From an uncultured Pseudomonadota bacterium (GTDB taxonomy: Bacteria > UBA10199 > CAZHVX01): DNA of 51,869 nt. Every line of letters starts with the position of its first letter. The stretch's first letter is position 1. The stretch lies in NCBI GenBank assembly GCA_964536295.1, contig CAZHVX010000001.1, positions 1 to 51,869 of the forward strand, given 5' to 3'. Both the position numbers and the translations under genes were made by a program. Of the stretch, positions 24,570-34,281 are shown piece by piece. Under the pieces are notes generated by a model. The model was not told the DNA's origin. It ran no database searches and was given only the letters and a program-made list of their open reading frames with translations.

Positions 24570-25505
24570 ATGGAGCTTGCGAACAATGATTTGGCGCGTG
24601 ATCTCTGTGGCGCTCAAGACTCCAATATCAAGTTTATCGAAGAAAAACTAGGAATCCACATCCACGTCAGAGGCTTGAACTTAACGATATCCGGTCAACC
24701 CTCAAATGTACACGTTGGATACGAGGTTATTAAGCAACTTTGTGAACTTTTAAAACGCGGATATATTCTAACCCCGTCAGATATCGAACGATCCGTCATA
24801 ATGTTAAGCAAAGATAGTTCCACACGCATTGACGAGGTTTTCTCGGACAACATCTTGATGTCTACAACGGGCAAACCGATTGCACCAAGATCGCCTGCAC
24901 AAAAACACTACATCGATGCGATACGCCGTTTTCCACTGGTATTTGCAGTTGGACCGGCAGGAACCGGCAAGACATATCTTGCGGTGGCCATGGCTGTAGC
25001 CATGTTCATGAAAAAAAAATACAAACGAATTGTCTTGGCGCGTCCTGCTGTTGAAGCTGGAGAAAAACTAGGTTTTCTCCCCGGCGATATCCAAGCAAAG
25101 GTCAGCCCTTATCTAAGACCTCTTTACGATGCACTCTATGATATGATGGAAACGGAAAAGGTAAACGCGTTCAAAGAAAATGACATCATCGAAATTGCAC
25201 CCCTCGCATTTATGCGCGGCCGAACCTTAAACAATGCCTTTGTTATTTTAGATGAGGCACAAAACTGCACACAGGAACAAATGAAGATGTGCCTGACTCG
25301 TTTAGGTGTAGATTCACAGATGGTTGTAACTGGAGATGTTACACAAATAGACCTACCTTTCCAAAAGAACTCCGGACTAGTGCACGCAATAAGGATACTT
25401 AAAGGCATATCCGAAATCAACTTTACATACTTCACACAATCTGATGTAGTCCGCCATGAATTAGTCAAGAAAATCATTATGTTTTACGATAAAAAGAAAA
25501 AATAA
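24570..25505 (+). CDS. phoH: PhoH-family ATPase (YbeZ-like)
   Basis: Walker A motif GPAGTGKTYLAVA and Walker B motif ILDEAQN. Start moved to the ATG at 24570, just after the upstream stop codon. Confidence 0.9.
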   Translation: MELANNDLARDLCGAQDSNIKFIEEKLGIHIHVRGLNLTISGQPSNVHVGYEVIKQLCELLKRGYILTPSDIERSVIMLSKDSSTRIDEVFSDNILMSTTGKPIAPRSPAQKHYIDAIRRFPLVFAVGPAGTGKTYLAVAMAVAMFMKKKYKRIVLARPAVEAGEKLGFLPGDIQAKVSPYLRPLYDALYDMMETEKVNAFKENDIIEIAPLAFMRGRTLNNAFVILDEAQNCTQEQMKMCLTRLGVDSQMVVTGDVTQIDLPFQKNSGLVHAIRILKGISEINFTYFTQSDVVRHELVKKIIMFYDKKKK

Positions 25506-25532
25506 TTAACTGAAACAAACCCAAGTAAGATT

Positions 25533-27959
25533 ATGATCAAAAAAAGAATTAAAAATTTAAGAGATTTCATTGGATCAGTTGGAAAAAAAGATTTTCAAAG
25601 CTTCGAAGAATTCAAGGAGTCAGCCATCATCTGGTGGATGGGGCTACTGGCGTTGTGCCTAGTGATCACGGTTTTAGCTACCATCTCCCTAGGCAGAATC
25701 CCTGAAAGGATCAGGGTTGGCCAGGTTGCACATAAGGATATCAAGGGTGACAGAAATTATGAAATCGTTGATGAGGAAGCAACCGAAAAGTTCAGACAGG
25801 AAGCAATCAGCGGTGTCTTGGCCGTATACGACTATGATCGAAGAATTCTATCAGAGAAAAAACAAAAGATAGTTGACACTATAAAGCAGCTACACACAAA
25901 GGCCGCAGAGTTACTTAAGGACACGAAGTATAAAAACATACCAAGGCTTAGATATCTAACCGTTGAGCAATCAAAGGAAATCAAAACCATATTCGAGGAT
26001 GGCATCGGGGTCAAAATTGATGAAAAGAGCTGGGGAACCCTTATCAGAGAGGATTTAAGTAGTGAAGTCGAAGCTTCGCTGATACACGCACTAACCAGAT
26101 ATTCCAATTTCCCTATAATTGGTGACAATAAGGAGCTTCTCAAAGAGGAAAGAGGAATCACTGTAAGACAAATTTTTCCGGAAAGTGAAAAACCCAAGGA
26201 CGAACAAACTGAATATCAACTGAAGGATGTAAAGGGCATATTAACACTTGAAAATGTCAAGTCGCAGATTAAACCCGAGGATATTAAGGGCAAATTCCTA
26301 TACCTTTCGACACCAAAATCAATCACAACTATCCTCAAAGGCATAATTGTTCCAAACTTTACTTTCAATCGTGAAGAAATGGAAGCGCGACAAACTCAAT
26401 CGGCACGCAGTATTAAAAGCGTCTTGATTAAAATTCAAGCTGGTGAATCAATTATAAGAAGCGGTGCGCGATATGAGCCATGGCATATCAAGGTTTTGGA
26501 TGGTATCAGAAAAGAGAAGGAATCAAGTTCCGTTTCCATGAAGTTCCTTGGGACATTCATGCTTGTCTTTCTCATTATTTTGACGGTTTTCTACTTTGCC
26601 GAAAAATTTCTAAGCAATTTTGATCCATCAAGGAAAGACATGCTTTTCATGTGCATTCTACTGCTTGTCGAATTATTACTATTAAGGATCGCTCTTTCTA
26701 TAACATCCGCTATACATGATTCAATTTTGTATGATGTCCCACTTTCGGCATTTTTCTACATCATACCAGTTGCAGCAGGTACTATGCTTACCAGGATGGT
26801 TCTGAATTCGGAAACATCCATAATCTTTGCCCTTGTATCCAGCTTGATTATAGGCATATTTGCAGAATCGAACTTTAGCTATGGAGCCTTCACCCTTATC
26901 AGCAGCATAGTTGCCATTACAACAATTGCAAATGCAGATAAGAGGGCAAATATAATCAAGGCCGGAGCCTTGTTAGGTATTTTAAACATATTTCTCGTTT
27001 TGGCCTTCAGGCTTCTGAATACCGCATCAATTGTAGATACTTTTTCATTCACAAATATTATTTGGTACATAGTTTTTGCATTCATTAGCGGTATTGGTTC
27101 TGCATTCTTTGTATTGATTGCAACCCCGATTGCTGAATCACTATTTGATTATACAACTGACATTAAACTTCTTGAACTTGCAAACTTAAACCATCCGTTG
27201 CTACGTGAATTAATTATTCGCGCTCCAGGGACATATCATCATTCACATCTGGTTGGAATATTATCAGAGGCGGCCGCAGAATCAATGGGCGCAAATTCAT
27301 TGTTGTCAAGGGTTGCAGCATATTACCATGACATTGGTAAAATAAAGAAGCCTTTTTATTTCACAGAAAATCAAAAGGTAAAAGACGACAGATATGACAA
27401 GTTGTCTCCACATATGTCCGCATTGATCATCCAGTCACACGTTAAAGACGGGCTTGAAATGGCCAAGCAATACAAGTTACCACGCGTGATAATGGACATG
27501 ATTCCGCAGCACCATGGAACAAAGATGGTAAGCTTTTTCTATAACAAAGCAAAAGAACAGGAAGATCCGAAACATCAGGTTCAGGAAAAGGATTTCAGAT
27601 ATCCAGGACCAAAACCACAAACAAGGGAAGCCGGAATTCTTTTATTGGCGGATGCTACAGAGGCGGCTGTTCGGTCGTTGAAGGAAAAATCAACAACCAG
27701 AATCCAGGAAACAGTGCAAAACATAATTGATAAAAGCTTCTCTGAAGGACAATTGGATGAATGCGATTTAACACTTCGTGATCTCAATCTAATCGCCCAG
27801 GCCTTTGCGAGAATTGCAATGGGCATTTATCATCAGCGAATTGAATATCCAACTGAAGAAGCTAAACCAGATAACCCTAAACAGGTAAAGGTAATAAATG
27901 AAGAAACGATCGGCCAAGATTTGGATCCAGAATCTGCACCCAAGCAAGCGGATAAATAA
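25533..27959 (+). CDS. pgpH: 7TM-receptor HD-domain phosphohydrolase (PgpH/YqfF family)
   Basis: N-terminal extracytoplasmic domain, 7 TM helices and a C-terminal HD domain (HHSHLVG, YYHDIGK, HHG). Confidence 0.8.
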   Translation: MIKKRIKNLRDFIGSVGKKDFQSFEEFKESAIIWWMGLLALCLVITVLATISLGRIPERIRVGQVAHKDIKGDRNYEIVDEEATEKFRQEAISGVLAVYDYDRRILSEKKQKIVDTIKQLHTKAAELLKDTKYKNIPRLRYLTVEQSKEIKTIFEDGIGVKIDEKSWGTLIREDLSSEVEASLIHALTRYSNFPIIGDNKELLKEERGITVRQIFPESEKPKDEQTEYQLKDVKGILTLENVKSQIKPEDIKGKFLYLSTPKSITTILKGIIVPNFTFNREEMEARQTQSARSIKSVLIKIQAGESIIRSGARYEPWHIKVLDGIRKEKESSSVSMKFLGTFMLVFLIILTVFYFAEKFLSNFDPSRKDMLFMCILLLVELLLLRIALSITSAIHDSILYDVPLSAFFYIIPVAAGTMLTRMVLNSETSIIFALVSSLIIGIFAESNFSYGAFTLISSIVAITTIANADKRANIIKAGALLGILNIFLVLAFRLLNTASIVDTFSFTNIIWYIVFAFISGIGSAFFVLIATPIAESLFDYTTDIKLLELANLNHPLLRELIIRAPGTYHHSHLVGILSEAAAESMGANSLLSRVAAYYHDIGKIKKPFYFTENQKVKDDRYDKLSPHMSALIIQSHVKDGLEMAKQYKLPRVIMDMIPQHHGTKMVSFFYNKAKEQEDPKHQVQEKDFRYPGPKPQTREAGILLLADATEAAVRSLKEKSTTRIQETVQNIIDKSFSEGQLDECDLTLRDLNLIAQAFARIAMGIYHQRIEYPTEEAKPDNPKQVKVINEETIGQDLDPESAPKQADK

Positions 27960-28323
27960 GAAAAGACTACATAGTTCTGTTAAAAAATTATTGAAGATAG
28001 CCAAACGTGCGACCAGTGAAATTTCAATCACTTTTACAACGAATTTCCATATGAAGAAATTAAACAGGGAATTCCGAAGTGTAAACAAAGCTACAGATGT
28101 TCTATCTTTCCCACAGGGAGATAAAATAATTCTGGGCGACGTGGTGATTTCACTTGATATGGTTTCAAAGCAGGCAAAGAGTAGGGGTGTTAAAAGAGAT
28201 GAAGAAATCAAAATGCTCCTAGTTCACGGCTTATTGCATTTAATGGGGCATGAGCATTCATCTATGAAAAACTTCGAAAAGATGAAGAAAAAACAAGACA
28301 AGTTACTGAAAGAAATTTTATAG
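27898..28323 (+). CDS. ybeY: Endoribonuclease YbeY (rRNA maturation factor)
   Basis: HGLLHLMGHEH zinc motif and DVLSFP. The annotated start overlaps pgpH by 62 nt, so the true start may lie downstream. Confidence 0.85.
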   Translation: MKKRSAKIWIQNLHPSKRINKKRLHSSVKKLLKIAKRATSEISITFTTNFHMKKLNREFRSVNKATDVLSFPQGDKIILGDVVISLDMVSKQAKSRGVKRDEEIKMLLVHGLLHLMGHEHSSMKNFEKMKKKQDKLLKEIL

Positions 28324-28352
28324 AACTAAACTGTGAAAACACAAAAGAACCT

Positions 28353-30020
28353 ATGAAAAAATATTTATTAGCAATAATTTCCGGCATCATCACGATGTTC
28401 TCGTTTCCAACCGTATTATTTGGCTGGCATGCGCCAGAATTGGGTTTCCTGGCGTTTATTTCGCTGGTCCCATTGTTTGTAGCAATAAATAATGTGCGGC
28501 CACGAAAGGCCTTTTGCCTAGCCTTTGTTACAGCCGCAATATGTTATTCTGGTTCGCTTTATTGGATCTATCGTGCGATGAACACCTATGGGAACCTTCC
28601 ATCGGTGGCAAGCGTTGCCGTTTTGGTTATCTTAATAATAATTATTTCGGCCTATATTGCCATTGCTCCAATGTTATCCAGATGGGTAAGCGAACGATCC
28701 AACATCCCTATGCTCATCTCACTCCCTATATTCTGGGTAATCTGTGAACTCTCCAGAAACTACATACCCTGCAACGGTTTCCCCTGGGCCAACCTTGCAA
28801 TGTCCCAGTATAGTCATACAACTATAATTCAAATCGTGGATCTCATTGGAATCTATGGCCTGATGTTTATCCTGGTGTGGGTTAACCAATTTATTGCTGA
28901 ACTGACCATTTTTTGCAAAGGAAATCAAGGGTGTGTCATTCTGAGCAAAGCGAAGAATCTCATGAAATCAATTGTAGGCAGGGGATCCTTCGTCCGCTCA
29001 TCGCGAACTCAGGATGACAATCCAATCTGTACCAATTTGTTATCCAAGAGTGTCGTTACACTTTTAATATTAACCACAGTTGTCGTCTATGGTATCTGGA
29101 GAAGCAACGACATTCAAAAACAGCTATCAAAGTTAACCCCTGTAAAAATCGCTATTTTGCAGGGAAACATCCCACAAGAAGAAAAACAAGATCCCTCAAT
29201 GAAAATTGAAGTTTTTAATAAGTATAGAAGGATGTTAAAACAAGCCACAAATGCAGATATCGAACTTGCTATATGGCCGGAAACCGCCTATCCATGGATC
29301 GTTAGAAGGGATCTGCAATTTCTCCCCGAAAAGCATCTTGGCCTATCGGACATCGGTTCACCATTTCCATTTAATTTAATTGGCGTTGTCGCATATGATG
29401 ACAATGGTGGTGATGATAGAACAATTTACAATAGCGTAATGCTGACCGACAGAAATGGAATGATATTGGATTTTTACGATAAGACACACCTGGTACCATA
29501 CGGAGAGTACGTTCCATATAAAAAGGTTTTGTTTTTTCTTAAAAAACTTGTATCTGCAATAGGTACATTTGAAACTGGCAAAACGCTGGAGCCACTGAAT
29601 TATGGCTTTCACAGATTTGGCAATCTTATCTGTTACGAGGATATCTTTCCCGAAATATCGCGCAAGACAACATTACTTGGCGCCGAATTTCTAGTAAACA
29701 CCACAAATGACGCATGGTATGGTGTTTCATCCGCTCCCTATCAACATTTGGCACTATCCGTATTTCGGGCGGTTGAAAATAGAAGGTATCTTGTAAGATC
29801 GACAAATACTGGGATATCAGCAGTGATCGATCCAATCGGACAAATAAACATGCAATCCGACATCTTCACCGACGCCCTAATTGTCAGCTACGTTGGTGCC
29901 GGCAACATCGATAGCGTTTACACGCGCCTTGGAGATTGGTTTGCATATGGATGTGTGCTGTATGGATTGTTCTTAATTGTAATAACAATAAGAAAAAGAA
30001 TGCGCGATACTAGATGTTAG
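28353..30020 (+). CDS. lnt: Apolipoprotein N-acyltransferase
   Basis: N-terminal multi-TM domain plus a CN-hydrolase domain (WPE, NLICYE). Carries an in-frame repeat insertion at 28933-29019. Confidence 0.9.
   Translation: MKKYLLAIISGIITMFSFPTVLFGWHAPELGFLAFISLVPLFVAINNVRPRKAFCLAFVTAAICYSGSLYWIYRAMNTYGNLPSVASVAVLVILIIIISAYIAIAPMLSRWVSERSNIPMLISLPIFWVICELSRNYIPCNGFPWANLAMSQYSHTTIIQIVDLIGIYGLMFILVWVNQFIAELTIFCKGNQGCVILSKAKNLMKSIVGRGSFVRSSRTQDDNPICTNLLSKSVVTLLILTTVVVYGIWRSNDIQKQLSKLTPVKIAILQGNIPQEEKQDPSMKIEVFNKYRRMLKQATNADIELAIWPETAYPWIVRRDLQFLPEKHLGLSDIGSPFPFNLIGVVAYDDNGGDDRTIYNSVMLTDRNGMILDFYDKTHLVPYGEYVPYKKVLFFLKKLVSAIGTFETGKTLEPLNYGFHRFGNLICYEDIFPEISRKTTLLGAEFLVNTTNDAWYGVSSAPYQHLALSVFRAVENRRYLVRSTNTGISAVIDPIGQINMQSDIFTDALIVSYVGAGNIDSVYTRLGDWFAYGCVLYGLFLIVITIRKRMRDTRC
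28933..29019. repeat. Family A element (copy A4) inserted in frame in lnt
   Basis: GTGTCATTCTGAGCAAAGCGAAGAATC ... CTCAGGATGACA terminal inverted repeats. 87 nt equals 29 codons, translated as CVILSKAKNLMKSIVGRGSFVRSSRTQDD. Confidence 0.85.
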
Positions 30021-30036
30021 ATACTGGATGTTGGGG

Positions 30037-30145
30037 TGTCATTCTGATCCTGAGCGAGTGAAACGAGTCGAAGGAGAAGAATCCAGCGTATAACCTGGAT
30101 CCCTGCCTCGCGGCAAGGCGGGCTTCGCTATACTCAGGATGACAT
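30037..30145. repeat. Family A palindromic element, copy A5 (full length, intergenic between lnt and prfB)
   Basis: GTGTCATTCTGA ... CTGGATCCCTGCCTCGCGGCAAGGCGGGCTTCGCTATACTCAGGATGACAT. Confidence 0.9.
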
Positions 30146-30177
30146 ACTCTGTTATCCAAAAATTAGGGAGAAATTAA

Positions 30178-31261
30178 GTGAGCAAAGAATTACAAGAAAA
30201 ACTGAAGACCTTAAAAAAACAGCTCGATGAACTTCGGGGGTCTCTTTGACATCGATCAAAAAAAGTCCCGCATTAATGAATTAGAAAAAAAGTCCCAAAG
30301 TCCCGATTTTTGGAACGACCAACGCGCCGCACAAAAGATAATCAATGAAGCAAATTCATTAAAACTCATTGTGAATTTATGGCAAGAGCAGAGTTGTAAC
30401 CTTGAGGATGTCAGCGCAATACTTGAGCTTGGTGATGATCCTGATCTTACCAAAGAAGCGGAAGAAAAAATAAATATCGTCGAAAAAAATATTGGTGAGC
30501 TGGAATTTCGCAAAATGCTTTCAGGTGAACATGACAAAGCAAGCGCAATTTTGTCAATAAACGCCGGGGCAGGGGGTACCGAATCCTGCGATTGGGCTGG
30601 GATGCTTTTAAGAATGTACCGCCGTTGGGCCGATATTCACAAATATAAAAATGAATTCGTCGAATTTACCCCTGGTGATGAAGCTGGCTTTAGATCAGTC
30701 ACACTCACAATTGAGGGAGAATATGCGTACGGATATCTAAAGGCGGAGATAGGTGTCCATCGTCTGGTGAGGATATCTCCATTTGATTCAAATAAGCGCC
30801 GGCACACATCCTTTGCATCGGTCTTTGTTATCCCCGATATCGAGGATGATATTGAGATCGAGATAATTGAAACGGACCTAAGGATTGATACCTTTCGATC
30901 GGGTGGCGCCGGAGGGCAACACGTAAACACAACGGATTCTGCAGTAAGATTAACTCACCTCCCAACTGGAATTGTTGTTGCATGCCAGGCGGAGAGATCA
31001 CAACATCAAAACAAAGAACGCGCAATGAAGGTTTTGAAGGCCAAACTTTATGACCACGAATTGCAAAAGAAATTGGCAGAAAAGGAAGTCTTGGAAAAAA
31101 CCAAAAAGAAAAATGAATGGGGTTCACAGATACGTTCTTATGTTATGCATCCATATCGGATGATCAAGGATCACAGAACCGATATGGAAACGGGGAACGT
31201 AGACGCCGTAATGGACGGCAACCTTGATGATTTTATTAAAAAGTTCTTACTTGAGTTTTAG
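30178..31261 (+). CDS. prfB: Peptide chain release factor 2, expressed through a programmed +1 ribosomal frameshift
   Basis: The GTG at 30178 opens a 23-codon frame-0 leader ending CTT TGA (30244-30249). The main body runs in the +1 frame from 30248. It contains SPF-type and GGQ (GGAGGQHVN) motifs. Confidence 0.9.
30235..30250 (+). promoter_or_regulatory. RF2 autoregulatory +1 frameshift site
   Basis: CGG GGG TCT CTT TGA C, compared with E. coli AGG GGG TAT CTT TGA C. It has the internal SD-like GGGGG, the slippery CTT and the weak UGA-C stop. Confidence 0.9.
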
Positions 31262-31283
31262 CCTCTTGTTAATTAAATATGGG

Positions 31284-31778
31284 CTATTCAACTTTGGGGA
31301 TGATCCAGCTAATAACTTCGTTGTTGCTCTTATCATACGCTGCCTTCACCAACATAAATTCTGTAAATTCATCCGTTACGCCGTAAAAGTTGGCGAAAAA
31401 TTCCTCTGCATAAAATTCCGCTTCATTTTGTAAATTATACTCATCAGAATTAAAGCAAACGTCGATTCCCAAATCTTCAAACGGATTAATATCCTGTTCA
31501 CAATCCACGACCGGAAGCGTTATTTTTAGGGCTGTATACGAAATATTATCTTCTCCAGCGTTGGTAATGACTGAATCAATGCGTGCAGTGTACAGTGCAT
31601 TTTTGAAGAACCTCAACATATTCGTCGCCAGCACTGGACTTTTGTGCGAAAACACGTTCCAATCATCGGCAATCTTCTTGAGCCTTGCTTGCATTTGGGA
31701 AGAACGGCTGTCATCTTCCTTTGCTAGGGCCAAATCATTTCTGTTTGGAATTGCTGAAGTGGTAACTGATAACGTCAT
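31284..31778 (-). CDS. Acidic hypothetical protein (164 aa)
   Basis: The ATG at 31778 has a GGAGGAA SD 5 nt upstream. The longer ORF reaching 31991 has an implausible N-terminus. No recognisable domain. Confidence 0.55.
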   Translation of the reverse strand: MTLSVTTSAIPNRNDLALAKEDDSRSSQMQARLKKIADDWNVFSHKSPVLATNMLRFFKNALYTARIDSVITNAGEDNISYTALKITLPVVDCEQDINPFEDLGIDVCFNSDEYNLQNEAEFYAEEFFANFYGVTDEFTEFMLVKAAYDKSNNEVISWIIPKVE

Positions 31779-32027
31779 AAGTTCCTCCGATATTTTAATT
31801 TGGGGTTCTGATGGGTAAGTAACAAAATGCGACGTTCTTGGCAAGAAGAAAAGGGCACAATATACGATAGTGAATGGTAATTTCTTAAAATGATTAGGAA
31901 TTTCATACAACCAGGATATATCAAAAATTTGGGGGTAGACTTTGATTCCTACGATTCCACTACGGGGCTGGCCGGTTCCTTTGATCTGCATACATCCAAT
32001 GAAAATGACATCCGCATCTTCACCGAA

Positions 32028-33890
32028 TTAACTTCTTTTTCTTTCGCCTAACAAAATCAAATCTTTCAGATCTTCTACTTTTTTAGCCCGCAGCCATTTC
32101 TTTAAGAAATCCTTTTGTTGCGTTATTTGGGCAATGGCCATCAGGGCCGTCAGATGAAAATTGCGTTCGTCGCGCGATCCAAATAAGGCAAAAATCGCAT
32201 GAACCGGCTGAACCGTGTCTGGAAAAACAATTCCCTCACCACTCCGGACTAACAGTAATTCAAAAATTTCGCTGCCCTCTACCACTATGTGAGGTATCGC
32301 CAAGCCGGGACTTAATGCCGTGGATGATTCCTTTTCGCGTGCAAGCAGCATATCTTCCACAACCTTGGCATCCGTATTCAACTTGTGGGCTAAGGTATTT
32401 GATATCTTACCGAAACATTCCTTCATGGAAATACGCTCCGAAATATCTAGTATTATACATTTTTTAACCAATTGATCAAACCTGTCTTCAGTTATTTCAT
32501 CTCTCTCCCTTATTATCTCCTTTAATTCACTACCTAAATCCCCGCAAGGCAGCGCCCTGTTTGCAACTCTTTGAATGAGACATATCAAAGCGGATTCCCT
32601 CTCTACCCTGACTCTTGCGTAAAGCCAGTACCATACGAAGCTGCCGGTTAAAAATAGTGTTACTATGAATAGCGGAACTATCCCCATCTCCACTATCAAG
32701 AAAAAACAGCTAGCTGTTCCTGCAATCTGAATCCATGGATAAAATGGGGTTTTAAATTTGGGTTGATAGTTTGGAACCTTTGATTCCCTCATGATTATAA
32801 CGGAGAGATTAACGAACATAAATAGCAATATCATTAGTGTTGATGCTAATTTTACCAGGTTTTCAAGGTTTAAAAGCAGGATGGACACTATCATGAATGC
32901 ACATGTGAATAATATGGATACATACGGTGTTTTAAAACGGGAGCCAACCTTCCCAAAACTTTTTGGTAGCAGGCCATCCCGGCTCATGGCCAATGGGATG
33001 CGTGATGTAGACATAATGCCTGCATTTGCGGTGGTGATAAAGGCCAGCATTGCCGCAATGGATAGAATAATTACACCTGGCATTCCTAAAATAACCCTCG
33101 CCCCTTCAGATAGCGGTGTAAGTGTATTTGATAAAGCATTGCCGTCTAAAATTCCTATGGTCACAAAAATAACCAAAGCATAGAGCGCACTCACAACAAT
33201 CAACGAAAGCAACATACCCAATGGAATATTTCGACCGGGATTTCTAACCTCCTCTGCAACCGAGGCTGTTTTGGTAAGCCCTCCATATGAAATAAAAACA
33301 AAACCTGCAGTGCCGATGATAGATACCATACCGTGCGGAACCAACGGCGTAAAATTGGACATTTCTATATGAGGCAGCCCCACTATTATATAAAAAATGA
33401 GCACACCTATAAGGCCCAAAACCATTGCAACCTGTGCCTTACCTGCATGCCCTACGCCCCTTATATTTATCAAAACGAACAGGATACAACAGGCACAAGC
33501 AATCAGCTTAACATGAAAAGCAGTTATATTTGGATTGAAGAGGATTGCAAATTCACCGATACCCATTAAGGCAAAGGCACTTTTTAGACCTATGGAAAAC
33601 CAATTGGAAATTCCGCCAAGCGTTCCAAATGCTGGACCGAAGGTTCTATCGATAAAAAAATACGTTCCACCGGCCTTTGGCATGGCAGTGGCCAGCTCGG
33701 CCTTACTAAGCACAGCGGGTACAACCAAAATGCTAGCCAGCAAGTACGAAAATAACATTCCTGGGCCCGCTTTCATGAATGCAAGCCCAGGCAGAATAAA
33801 AAGGCCTGAACTAATCATTGCACCAGAAGAGATACAAAATACACCCAATAACCCTAGATCCTTTTTAAGATTTGTCGACATTTCGATCAT
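32028..33890 (-). CDS. APC-family amino-acid/polyamine permease fused to a C-terminal PTS EIIA(Ntr/Fru)-like domain
   Basis: About 12 TM helices with APC-type motifs (GAMISSGLF, AELATAMPKAGG). The C-terminal ~150 aa contain GLAIPH, the EIIA-2 phospho-His context. Confidence 0.75.
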   Translation of the reverse strand: MIEMSTNLKKDLGLLGVFCISSGAMISSGLFILPGLAFMKAGPGMLFSYLLASILVVPAVLSKAELATAMPKAGGTYFFIDRTFGPAFGTLGGISNWFSIGLKSAFALMGIGEFAILFNPNITAFHVKLIACACCILFVLINIRGVGHAGKAQVAMVLGLIGVLIFYIIVGLPHIEMSNFTPLVPHGMVSIIGTAGFVFISYGGLTKTASVAEEVRNPGRNIPLGMLLSLIVVSALYALVIFVTIGILDGNALSNTLTPLSEGARVILGMPGVIILSIAAMLAFITTANAGIMSTSRIPLAMSRDGLLPKSFGKVGSRFKTPYVSILFTCAFMIVSILLLNLENLVKLASTLMILLFMFVNLSVIIMRESKVPNYQPKFKTPFYPWIQIAGTASCFFLIVEMGIVPLFIVTLFLTGSFVWYWLYARVRVERESALICLIQRVANRALPCGDLGSELKEIIRERDEITEDRFDQLVKKCIILDISERISMKECFGKISNTLAHKLNTDAKVVEDMLLAREKESSTALSPGLAIPHIVVEGSEIFELLLVRSGEGIVFPDTVQPVHAIFALFGSRDERNFHLTALMAIAQITQQKDFLKKWLRAKKVEDLKDLILLGERKRS

Positions 33891-34013
33891 GACTATACAA
33901 GAAAAGCAAAATTATGGAAATATAATTTAATCCAGAGGTTTCTACAGGGTTTTCATTCGCATCGACAATCTTTACGTCATATAATTTTTATTATAGGACT
34001 CTAAAAGGGCAGT

Positions 34014-34059
34014 TTGACATTTTGATGAAAACGTATTACAATATGAACAAATGTAATAC
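34014..34059 (+). promoter_or_regulatory. Consensus promoter plus candidate operator palindrome for vapBC
   Basis: TTGACA (34014-34019), 17 nt, TACAAT (34037-34042). The inverted repeat GTATTACA (34033-34040) / TGTAATAC (34052-34059) overlaps the -10 box. Confidence 0.6.
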
Positions 34060-34071
34060 AAGGAGGACAAA

Positions 34072-34281
34072 ATGACATACGGCACGATTTCACCAAAATA
34101 TCAGGTTGTTATTCCCAAAGAGATCCGTGAACAGATCAGTGTAAAACCCGGCCAGCGCCTTATGATTATCGCAAAGGATAATGTGATTTACATGGTCCCC
34201 GAGGCATCTCTTAAGGATTTAAAGGGGCGCTTTAAGGGGATGTCCATTGATAACCTAAGGGATGAGGATGATCGCATATGA
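34072..34281 (+). CDS. vapB: AbrB/SpoVT-family antitoxin (VapB/MazE-like)
   Basis: The PKYQVVIPKEIRE swapped-hairpin motif. 69 aa. Overlaps the PIN gene by 4 nt (ATGA). Confidence 0.8.
   Translation: MTYGTISPKYQVVIPKEIREQISVKPGQRLMIIAKDNVIYMVPEASLKDLKGRFKGMSIDNLRDEDDRI

Noticed and set aside
27898-27959. 62-nt overlap between pgpH and ybeY, considered as a possible frameshift or fusion
   Set aside because: Both proteins are complete in their own frames. An over-extended ybeY start is the more likely explanation.
27789-28211. 140-aa minus-strand ORF
   Set aside because: It runs antisense to the pgpH 3' end and ybeY, both of which carry strong family motifs.
31779-31991. N-terminal 71-codon extension of ORF 31284..31991
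   Set aside because: The extension has an implausible composition and no SD, whereas the internal ATG at 31778 has a GGAGGAA SD. The 250-nt region is treated as intergenic.
32791-33930. Plus-strand ORFs 32791..33183, 33333..33569 and 33535..33930
   Set aside because: They are antisense shadows of the APC permease gene.
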